DNA of 64,000 bases. Source: Octopus sinensis. Its lineage: Eukaryota. The first letter of the stretch is position 1. Each line of letters starts with the position of its first letter. Both the position numbers and the translations under genes were made by a program. Location of the stretch: the NCBI RefSeq assembly GCF_006345805.1, contig NC_043000.1, positions 82,708,001-82,772,000 on the forward strand. The letters are read 5' to 3'. The notes under the pieces are model-generated. The model saw only the letters and a list, made by a program, of their open reading frames with translations, searched no databases and was not told the origin of the DNA. Shown piece after piece: positions 53,528-64,000 of the stretch.

Positions 53528-53917
53528 CATCATCATTGTTCGACCGTGGTCGAGACAATGGAATTTACCATGCTACGCCAGACTTCACGGTCCATCATGG
53601 CATTACGGAGGTCCTGTTGCTGGATGCCTGTATCCCTAGACGATACATTCATACAGACCGACAGACAGGCAGACAGATACACAAACAGACAGAGCACCAC
53701 ACCTACACATATAAATCCTACCCCGCTTCACATACACACATACATGCACACCCGCACAAAACATAAAAACATACTTTGTACATTGACCACACGCATTTCA
53801 CACACAGACCACCCACATTCCACAAACCACATCCTTCAAGAGAAACTCCCGGCATATACACACCAGACGCACATACGCACGTGCACACATTCAAATCCCA
53901 TACACACAACTCACACG

Positions 53918-53983
<66 letters not shown>

Positions 53984-54574
53984 CACATTCACAAACTTCA
54001 CTGATACAGACATCTTACACACAGTTCACAAACACATTCTCAAATACATACATACATACATACATACATACATACATACATACATACATACATACATACA
54101 TACATACATACATACATTCACTCCCACACAGTTTGGTATCTTCCGCTATGAGAATTTGAAGCAGAGAAATGGTAAAATTCTCCAGATGGTTCCGACACCA
54201 GCACAGAATGCAATTGTTGGTGGCTGCTGTGGAGGCGGCGGCGGTGGTAGCGGTGGAGGTGGCGGTGGCGGTGGTGGCGGTGGTGGTGGTGGTGGTGGTG
54301 GTGGTGGCGGCAGTGGCGGTGGCGGCGGTGGTGGTGGTGGTGGTGGTGGTGGTCAGTATGGTCCCAAGTCAGAATGGTAGCAATCACTACAACATACCAC
54401 GTCATACACCACACAAACAAACATCAAACCAGAATGGAAAAATACTACATGGTTTCTTGTCATGGTGGTAATAGGTAAATCAGTCTAAAAAGGAAGGACA
54501 TCTTGTAGATTAGATACATTTAGTCTAAAAAAGAAAATGACTTGCTGACCATGACTAGAATGTTTTTGATTATA

Positions 54575-55715
54575 TCAAGTTGAGTCAAAAGTTGTTGGGA
54601 TATTTTTGTATTTAAAACTTTAATTAATATTTCAAATTAATACTTAAAACATTACAGATGTAAATTATTTTTTTTCCTCAAAATATATTCCAGCGTATTC
54701 TATTGTGTGTCGCCATCTTTCTACCAGAAGTTCAATTCTATGTTTATACCATTTGGCTGGTTAAGAATAAAAAAAATCTCCCTGCATCCATTTTCAGCAT
54801 CATCCATACTGTTGAGCCTCCGTACGTGGCTCAGAAAAGGTGGAAGTCTAATGGTGCTCGGTCTGGACTGTAGGTAAGGTGAGGCAACACTTCCTGCCCC
54901 TCTAGCACCTCGAATTTGCGCTTGGTCACATTGGCAGTGTGTACAGTGGCATTACCATGGTGTAGGAGTCTGCGTCTTCAACTGACCAATGCCGAGTAGT
55001 GAGCTTTCAAAGGATCATATTACTCGCTGCAGCTTTGGGCATAAATGTTAACCTTCATAGTATACCATCTAGGACAAGCTCAAAGTGCAACACGCTCTCG
55101 AAATTCCATCAGACACTCATGACTTTCTTTTTTAAACGGCCCTTGTTTGGCAACAAGGAACGAAGCCACTGATTCCTCTTATTAGGATTACGAAAGTAGA
55201 TCCATTTTTTCATCCCCAACGAAAAGCAGGCGTCTTGAGGATTTGCCAGCATTTATTTGCAAATGCTCACATATCGTTGAGACTGATTATTGATCAGTTC
55301 ATAAGGACAGCTTGTAGAGATGTTGATTGATGATGCTTTGTGAAGGACCAAGTTCTGCTGACAGTGTACGAGTGCTTGGGCTTGACTGTTGTCCAGTCAT
55401 CTCAAGAAAAGCCTCATCTTCCACAACAGAAGGTCTCCCTGATCTTAGTTTGTCTTCGAGGTTGGTGTCGTCTTCCTTGAGATATCAGAACCAGTTTTGT
55501 GCCAGACGTTTGTTGACATCATTAATTTATTTTACCGCTGCCCTTGCATTCAGTCCGTTTTACTTTTTTTTTTTCACAGGTAGCGTAAAATGACTCTAAT
55601 TGCAAATTTTTCACACCACATCATCAAAGTTGTAAAATAAAGAATAAATAATTAATGTTTATTATGTTATATTTGAAAATAAAGACTACAACATTCAGCA
55701 ACGATTGGACAAGTT
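54575..55715 (-). mobile_element. Old mariner transposon (different family from 22717)
   Basis: VGDEKW-like, LLHHGNATVHTA, LPHLTYSPDRAPLDFHLF; many stops. Confidence 0.8.
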
Positions 55716-55954
55716 GTATCAAATTAATGATAAAACATTGAGATACACGGTGGTGCTCCAGCATGACCGCAGCCGCTGAGATGAGTAAAAGAATAAAAGA
55801 ATAAAAGAATACAAGTTGTCAAGGATCATCAGTGAAAATCCGAAAAATCTTCTGACCTCAACCTGCTAGAGCTGTTAAATGAGGGACGAATAGGGTCTAA
55901 ACAACAGCAATAACAACGACAGCAACCGTATACTACCATCAATATAATAATTCT

Positions 55955-57103
55955 TTCCCCTATAGGCACAAAGCCTGAAATTTTGTGAGGAGCGTAGGCT
56001 GCTCAATTACATTGATACCAGTGCCCAATTGGTACGTATTTAATCGACCCTGAAAGAATGAAAGACAAAGTTGAATCCAGCGAAATTTGAACAAACAACG
56101 TTAAGACAGACGAAAGCTGCTAAGGGTTTTCACCGGCGTGCTAACGTTTCTTATTTCTTTTTTGCCCACAATGAACAAAGCATAGAGGGGACAAACAAGG
56201 ACAGATAAACGGATTAAGTCGATTACATCGACCCCAGTGTGTAACTGGTACTTAATTTATCGAGCCCGAAAGGATAAAAGGCAAAGTCGACCTCGGCGGA
56301 ATTTGAACTCAGAACGTAATGGCAGACAAAATACCGCTAAGCATTTCGCCCGACGTACTAACGTTTCTGCCAGTTCGCCATGTTTATCATCAACATAATA
56401 ATGTCAAAAAGGTGGTCTGCCGAGGTCGACTTTGCCTTTCATCCTTTCGGGGTCGATAAATTAAGTACCACTTGCATACTGTGGTTGATCTAATCGACTG
56501 GCCGTTTCCCCAAAAATTTCGGGCCTTATTCCTAGATTAGAAAGGAATACCAAAAAGTTAGCGAGCTGGCAGAACCGTTTGCACGCCAGACAAAATGTTT
56601 AGCAGCATTTCGTCCGTCCTTACGTTCTGAGTTCAAATTCTGCCGAGATCAATTTTGCCTTTCGTCCTTTAGGGGTTAATGAAATAAGTACCAGTTGCGC
56701 ACTGAGGACGATGTAATTGACTTACCCCTCCCTCAAAATTGCTGGCCTTGGGCCAAAATGTGAAACCAATATAACAACTGTAGCAGAAAGGTTGCATGCT
56801 GGCAGATTCGTTTAGCGTTCCTGCTTTACGTTCTGAGTTCAAATTCCGCTGAGGTCAACTAAGCATTTCATCCTTTCGAGGGGCGATAAGATAAGTACCA
56901 ACTAAGCACTGGGGTTGAGGTAACCAACTAGCCTCTCTCACTAAAATTTCAGGCCTCGTAAAGAAAAGTCAATAATGTCAATAGAAGCAAGAGGCAGCCT
57001 TTAATTTAGCGGTATTTTGTCTGCCATTACGTTCTGAGTTCAAATTCCGCCGAGGTCGACTTTGCCTTTCATCCTTTTGGGGTCGATAAATTAAGTACCA
57101 GTT
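55955..57103. mobile_element. Dense cluster of SINE B copies and fragments in both orientations
   Basis: About six matches to the family-B body. Confidence 0.85.
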
Positions 57104-58750
57104 ACAAACTGCGGCCCCCAGATCTCCAAGAGCTGCAGATAAGTTCTGCTCTTTGTGGATCTTAAAATGTCTCTTGAGGCCTCCGTTGGATTTGCAAACT
57201 TCCTAGCATACACTGCATTCAAAGGTGTGCACAGGCATATAGGCAGAATAGTTGGTGGAGGTTTGTTTTCCATGCGTTCGCAGATGAGATTTGAGGCCAG
57301 CAAAAGACAGGCGTGGTCTGTTACAGACTTTACACACAAAAGGGTCATTGTCATTCCCCTTCTCGATAGTTACATTCTTCCTTAGTTCTCTTTTAAGTCT
57401 TACTTGTTTTATCTTGGCCTCTTCAAATGCTTTCACCCCACTCTACACCTTTGATCGCCATCCAACTCGATCTGAAGCAAGGGTTTCTATATCTTCTAGA
57501 ACCATTCCCAATGACTTCATGGTATTCCTTATGCCGTCCTTAAACCTTTTTTTAGGTTTACGCCGATAGCGTTTCTCTTCTGCAAGCTCACCATAAAACA
57601 GCTGTTTCGGAATGTGTTTGTTCATCTGCCATTCGAACAATATGGTCACACCGTCTCAGTTGGTTCTAAAAATCGTAGCTTTAATTGAGATGATGGCTGC
57701 AGATACAAAGACATCTGAGTTTGGAGTAAAAGAACTCCATTTAATTTTTAAAATGCGATGAAGGCATTTTTGGTGGAACTGTTCTAACAATTTAAAATGC
57801 CTTTCATAACATGTCCAAGTTTCACAGGAATACAACAGGGATGGTAAGACAAATGATTTATAAAGAGCCAGCTTTGTATTCTTATTCATATGTCGCTGGC
57901 ACAAACACTTGACTCGAAACCACTAAATACTTTTGCTGCCCTTTAAATTCGCAGCTGTATTTCTCTATCATGATTTCCATCATTTTGGACAAAGCTTTCA
58001 AGGTAGACGAACGAATCGACAACTTCAAGTAACTTTCCCTTTACAAAAATTTTAGTGGAGTTACAAACAGCACCACACGCAGGTTGATGCATTACAACTA
58101 TTTTTTCAAGTTGATGGTCAAGCCAAAATCATCACAAGCTGAGTCAAATGCAGATACAAGAGATTGCAGACCTGCTTCAGAATGACTGACAAGATCGCAA
58201 TCGTCAGCATACGAAAGTTCCCTAATGAGTGAAGTAAAAACCTTTGTTTTGAATTTCAGTCTAGTCAGATTAAAAACATTCCCTGTGGTTCGATATTATA
58301 TGTAAATACCCTCCTCAGAGTTTTGAAAAGCATGTGACAGCACAACAGCAAAGTATATTGCAAAGAGGGTGGGTGCATCAAGGTCTCCTTGCTTTACTCC
58401 ATTTTCCACAGCAAAAGATTCAGAGAGCCTACCACCAAAATTAACTCTAGCTTTCCTACCTTGATGCAAAGCCCTGATCATGTTTATAAATTTTTCTGAG
58501 CAATCTATTTTCCTTAGAATTAGCCATAGAGCATTTCGATTAACAGTATTGAATGCTTTGCTCAAATCAACAAAGCAACGGTATAGAGCAAGATTCTGTT
58601 CAATGCACTTTTCTTGTAATTGTTTCTCGGTAAAGATACAATCAGCGGTGCTCCTGGGGGAAGGAAAACCATTCTGAGACTCAGACACTATATTTAGAAC
58701 TATAAAGGTATTTAAACATTCTAACAAAATGCGTTCTAACAAAATCCTTT
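57104..58750 (-). mobile_element. RTE-clade LINE (RT and C-terminus), degenerate
   Basis: ESQNGF..RSTADCIF..QLQEKCIEQN..FVDLSKAF..GVKQG..APTLF; YADD; terminal C2H2 motifs. Confidence 0.9.
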
Positions 58751-59007
58751 GGCCCAGATTTTATACAAGGAGACTAAAATGGCATCAATACTAAGCTTAT
58801 AAAGAATCAGTTTTGGGGTCGATTTCTTCGACTAAACTCCTTTAAGGATGTGCTCCAGCATGGCCGCAGTTTAAATGACTGAAGGAATGGTATGTACATG
58901 GGTGAGGGGGTGGAACTGGAAAAATGCAAGTAGAATAGAGAAGAAGAGGAAGATAAGTTACAAAGGGAAGAGAAGCAAGGAAAGGGTCACTTAATAGAAG
59001 GGGGTAT

Positions 59008-59400
59008 TTCAGTCATTTAAACTGCGGCCATGCTGGAGCACATCCTTAAAGGAGTTTAGTCGAAGAAATCGACCCCAAAACTGATTCTTTATAAGCTTAG
59101 TATTTATTCTATCGGATTCTGTTGCCGAACCGCTAAGTTAAGGGAACATAGACATCAGAATCGGTTGTCAAGCGATGGCAGGGGAACAAACACAGACACC
59201 CCCACATAAGTACATACATGCTTACACATATATACATACGACAAGAATCTTTCAGTTCCTGTCTACCAAATCTACTTACAAGAGTTTGGTCGGCTCGAGG
59301 CCATAGGAAAAGACACTTGCCCAAGGTGCCATGCAGTGGGACTGAACCCAGAATCATGTTTTTGGCAAGCAAGCTTCTTACACACAGCCACGCCTGCGCA
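59008..59400 (-). mobile_element. SINE family A with an inverted duplicate of its 3' end at 58787-58883
   Basis: 97-bp perfect inverted repeat. Confidence 0.85.
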
Positions 59401-59982
59401 TATATACAGATATGTGTGTGTGTGTGTTAGAGAGAGAGAGAGAGAGAAGGAGATCAGAGGAAGAGAAGGAAAGGGATGGAAGGAGAGAGAGAGAGTGACA
59501 ATACACAGGAGTTTTCGTCAAATATACATTTTTCAAAAGGAAGAAAAAAATCTGAAAATCGACTATAATAATGCCGCCTTCAAGTCTCATTGTTTTAAAG
59601 GTATGATGTTGTGGAGAAAAAAATTGAAGAAAAATGTTACAAAGGTTTAAAACTAAAAATTAAAAAACTGGGTATTTTTAGCGAGACGAAATGTTCTGCG
59701 TTTAGCGAAGCGGTGTCAACTTTAAGGTTGTACTCTGTGATTTTTTTTTTAGTTTAGCGTCTGACCCCTTCATTGTAGGTTTCTAAATAAATAGAAATAC
59801 CTGATAAATTCAACATGTATCAACTTACTGTTTCCTCTGTCTCTTCATTGATTGTATGTTTTTATCATTTTAAAAGATTTGTTATATTAATATATTTGCC
59901 TGCATCTGTTTACTTTATGCATACTTCACAGTATTATGTATACCTGCCATGTATTTATGTAGATCATTAATATATAAGTGCA

Positions 59983-60030
<48 letters not shown>

Positions 60031-61161
60031 GCGCGTTTGTGTGTGTGTCCCCAAAACTCGGAAACTGAAAAGTTTTTTCATGCTTGGATTTGTAAACTGT
60101 GATATGAATAACACTGGTCAACTAAGAATTTGTCCCAAAGAAAAGAATACCTCGTATATGTTTTTGCATGCAGAATTAAAAAGTAATGTCAAATTATCTG
60201 TATCACCCACAGTTTCTTTGTTCCACGATATCCCTCTCAGTTCCTGTTACGTGGGCTAAATTTCATTTAAGCTGTTGAGATGTGATGTTAACAGTTTAAG
60301 AAATATTCCTATTTAAATTTTTATGAATAGAATTAACCTAGTGAAATCATAAATCCAGCTGTTTGAGTCAATGAGTCCCAAAAATACATGAAATGAAAAA
60401 ATATGTAAAAGTAATAAGTGTGAAATATCAACATAGACAACAGCGGCACAGACAACAGTGAACCACAACACAGCATACGGTTGCCATAGTAACAAGCTGC
60501 TAATGCCACGCTGTCTGTTGATTGGCTAAAATTACCCAAATTTCCCAACTTTGATATAACATCAGATTCTTTAATTTACGAAATAAAATAATTGGTTCAT
60601 CGTAACCAAAATTCAGACTTACATCGATACACCAAAATTGAAAGCAATCTAAGCAAAATTAAGTGGGGCTCATTTTGCAAATGAGAAAGACTAAATCCAC
60701 GTAATGTAATACGTATGCACTATGAGTGGCCAGTTTGGTTAACCACTAAAACTATGACTTACTGAAAAATATGGTCCTGGGAATGTTAATCGAAGGTGGC
60801 TAGAAGCGGTTATACACGCACACGCACGCACACACATACATACACACACACACTTTCGTATCTATGAACGTACGTAGAGAGAACGAGAAAGTGAGAGAGA
60901 GAATTTTAATGAAAGTGAAGAACTTCACAAACCTTTACTCCAAGTTACACATAGCTCAGAGCGATCAAGAATAATTAAGACATTTTAAATACCATACAAG
61001 ATATATTCTTGATTAATTGAATTTCTGCTTAGATGCAGAGTAACTACAAAGAAATCACCTGGTGGCAACTGAGATCGACCCCGAATGAGAAGAGTGATAA
61101 TGTCAAGTATCAAGAATATTTCAGAATTGAAATACTGTTAAATAAAAGAGACAGATCTTTA

Positions 61162-61208
<47 letters not shown>

Positions 61209-61262
61209 ATATATATATATATATATATATACGCGAGAAAGAAGCAACAAGAATGGATAGGT

Positions 61263-61355
61263 TTTTAGTACAATCGTTTTCATACAAGGACAGGCTTTAT
61301 TTAAAAGTTGTAAAAATTACAGCATATAAACGTGTCCCGTACTCATCAGCTAAAA
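61263..61355 (-). ncRNA. Hammerhead, long stem II family (GAAAAC, one extra A)
   Basis: Homologous to 5614-5704. Confidence 0.65.
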
Positions 61356-62119
61356 TACATGTGAGTTCTCTAGACATCCTAGTGGTTGAGCTATACTCAT
61401 GGACATGTAGATAATTAAGTAACATAAACAGATTTCCAAAGTCATTAAAGTTCTTTAAAGATGATGTACAGTCTTATCACAGAATTTTAAAAAAGTTCTA
61501 ATAGCATCACAGAGAAGGTGACCAAATCCATAGAGCACATATGAATTTCCAGAGATATGATGAGGGATTACATACTCACAGAAGACAAATTTATCCATTG
61601 TTACTCACAACGAGGTGGGTCTCAATTCCTGCTTATTAGCATTACAGAGAGGTGAATTAATCCTTGTATAGATGCACAATTTCCAATGGTGTAGATGTAA
61701 GTTTCCAGAGAAATGAAGAGGAATTTCATATTCCTCTTGAATATGAAATTCCTCTTCATTCTCTGAAACTTACATCTACACCATTGGAAATTGTGCATCT
61801 ATACAAAGGATTAATTCACCCTCTCTGTAATGCTAATAAGCAGGAATTGAGACCCACCTCGTTGTGAGTAACAATGGATAAATTTGTCTTCTGTGAGTAT
61901 GTAATCCCTCATCATATCTCTGGAAATTCATATGTGCTCTATGGTTTGGTCACCTTCTCTGTGATGCATTAGAACTTTTTTAAAATTCTGTGATAAGACT
62001 GTACATCATCTTTAAAGAACTTTAATGAACTTTGGAAATCTGTTTATGTTACTTAATTATCTACATTACTTCATGAGTATAGCCTCAACCACTAGGATGT
62101 CTAGAGAACTCACATGTAT

Positions 62120-62206
62120 TTTTAGCTGATGAGTACGGGACACGTTTATATGCTGTATTTTTACAACTTTAATAAGCCTGTCCTTGTATAAACGATTGTA
62201 CTAAAA
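62120..62206 (+). ncRNA. Hammerhead, long stem II family (G12 missing)
   Basis: Homologous to 6373-6463. Confidence 0.6.
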
Positions 62207-62351
62207 CCTATCCATTCTTGTTGCTTCTTCTCGCTTATAATCACCCCACATTACTGTCTTATTGTTAAAACAGTATAGTTTTTTTTGGTGCATCTAAGTT
62301 AGTACCATATTCAAGTAAATTCATTTAAATTAACTTGATCTTTATTGCTTT

Positions 62352-62423
<72 letters not shown>

Positions 62424-62629
62424 GACACATGGGGACAGGGAGTCACTTGAGAAATCACATAACTTTGACAGGCGTATAAGGTAAAAATAATGCGAATAAA
62501 AACTGAAATGAAGATCAAGTAAACAGTGTGTGTGTTTAATTCGAAAAGAACCATAGCCAAGTATAACTACAGACAGACAGACAGATAGATAGACAGATAG
62601 ATTGACAGATAGATAGACAGATAGATAGG

Positions 62630-62752
<123 letters not shown>

Positions 62753-62769
62753 GTAGGTAGATAGATAGA

Positions 62770-62941
62770 TTAAGAAAAAGGAAGCAGTCAGAATTTTGGG
62801 TAATTCTTCATCAGACACTTTCGTTCGTTTAACCGAACTCTTCAAGAAAATAAGGTTTTTATTTTCTTGAAGAATTCGATTTAACGAACGAAAGTACTCT
62901 TAAAGAATTATCCAAAATTCTGACTGCCCCCTTTTTCTTAA
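62770..62941. repeat. ~170-bp imperfect hairpin (MITE-like)
   Basis: Arms meet near 62855; TTAA at both ends. Confidence 0.75.
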
Positions 62942-62988
62942 TATACAATATCTGTACACCACTGCAAACACTCTATACATATACATAA

Positions 62989-63247
62989 GGAGGCGCAATG
63001 GCCCAGTGGTTGGAGCAGCGGACTCGCGGTCGTGGGATCACGGTTTCGATTCCCAGACTGGGTGTACCTGTATTTCAAAAGCCCACCCTTGTCACACTGT
63101 GTCATGCTGAATCTCCCGGAGAACTACGTTAAGGGTACACGTATCTGCGGAGTGCTCAGCTACTTGCACGTAAATTTCACAAGCAGGCTGTTCCGTTGAT
63201 CGGATCACCTGGAACCGTCGTCGTCGTAACCGACAGAGTGCCACGGT
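62989..63247 (+). mobile_element. tRNA-derived SINE family C
   Basis: A-box TGGCCCAGTGG, B-box GGTTTCGATTCCC, followed by non-tRNA body. Confidence 0.8.
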
Positions 63248-63345
63248 ATTCACATATAGGTTTGCTGATACAAACAAAATATGTGCACATTTATATATAT
63301 TATATATATAGATATAATATATATATATCTATATATATATATATA

Positions 63346-64000
63346 TCAGGTCATCCCATAAGTTCTGTCCGATTTTACCTTTTTCAAATTTGAATGAAAT
63401 TTAATAGTATTTTAGAATGTCTAATGGAATTAAAAATTATTTTTATGCATTTGTGTACATTTAAACTAATTAAATATTATTTTACAGAATAATAGGATTA
63501 AAATTTCTTTGATTAAAACCCTTTCTAACATGGAAGTATCCAAAGAGCATTTGAGGCACATAATGCTTTATGAGTATAAAAAAGGAAACTCTGCAGCCGA
63601 AGCGACTCGAAACATACATTCGGTTTATGAGAAAGAATGCTTGGATGAAAGAACTTGCAGAAGATGGTTTGCAAAATTTAGAAGTGGAGACTTCAGCCTT
63701 GAAAATGAAAATCAAACAGACGTCCAGTTGAGTTTGATGATAAGCTCCTTGAGGCATTACTTGAAGAAAATCCTGCATTATCAGTTGAAGAATTGGCAAT
63801 AAAGCTTAGTTCAAACCAGACAACTGTTCATCGTCATCTTCAACAACTTGGAAAGGTTCCTAAACTTGGAAAATGGGTGCCTCGTAAATTGTCCGAAAGC
63901 AACTGCAAATTCCGAGTTGATATCTGCTCTTCTCTCCATTCTCTCGAACTCATTTCACCCTTTTCGGATAGACTTGTGACTGGTGACGAAAAATGGATCT
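63346..64000 (+). mobile_element. Mariner transposon 5' half (same family as 22717-24005), runs off the window
   Basis: Same TIR; MEVSKEHLRHIMLYEYKKG..RRWFAKFRSGDFSL; VTGDEKW; frameshifted. Confidence 0.93.

Larger units (their letters stand above)
61232..62357 (+). mobile_element. PLE pLTR unit folded into a ~1-kb palindrome; same family as 5582-6615
   Basis: Arms 61233-61733 and 61739-62234, loop CTCTT; (TA)n flanks. Confidence 0.85.

Noticed and set aside
54156-54380. Glycine-rich protein ORF
   Set aside because: A (GGT/GGC)n microsatellite explains it.
62989-63060. tRNA gene
   Set aside because: No acceptor stem or terminator; continues into the SINE body.

Overview
Gene-poor, repeat-saturated AT-rich eukaryotic DNA. 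Inference: a coleoid cephalopod, most likely Octopus, based on the tRNA-derived SINE families I recall from octopus and the extreme microsatellite density. No intact protein-coding gene is supported; most ORF-track entries are translated microsatellites. Recognisable content is decayed transposable elements: Penelope-like elements (PLEs), R4/Dong-, CRE-, L1/Tx1-, CR1- and RTE-type LINE remnants, two LTR elements, several Tc1/mariner copies, two non-autonomous Helitrons, a 1.9-kb foldback element with an 8-bp TSD, and three or four SINE families. The main signal is about 12 type I hammerhead ribozyme motifs from about 8 different sequence families. Most lie in PLE-like terminal repeats (pLTRs), often arranged as inverted repeats, and most of these units sit within (TA)n microsatellites. 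They include U3-A8 core variants, palindromic stem III helices (dimer-type), very long stem II extensions with a compensatory base change, and a ~1-kb near-perfect palindrome. Hammerheads in PLE pLTRs are established knowledge; the local density and structural diversity are what merit follow-up. All alignments and folds were done by eye. Boundaries are approximate unless a TSD or TIR is quoted.
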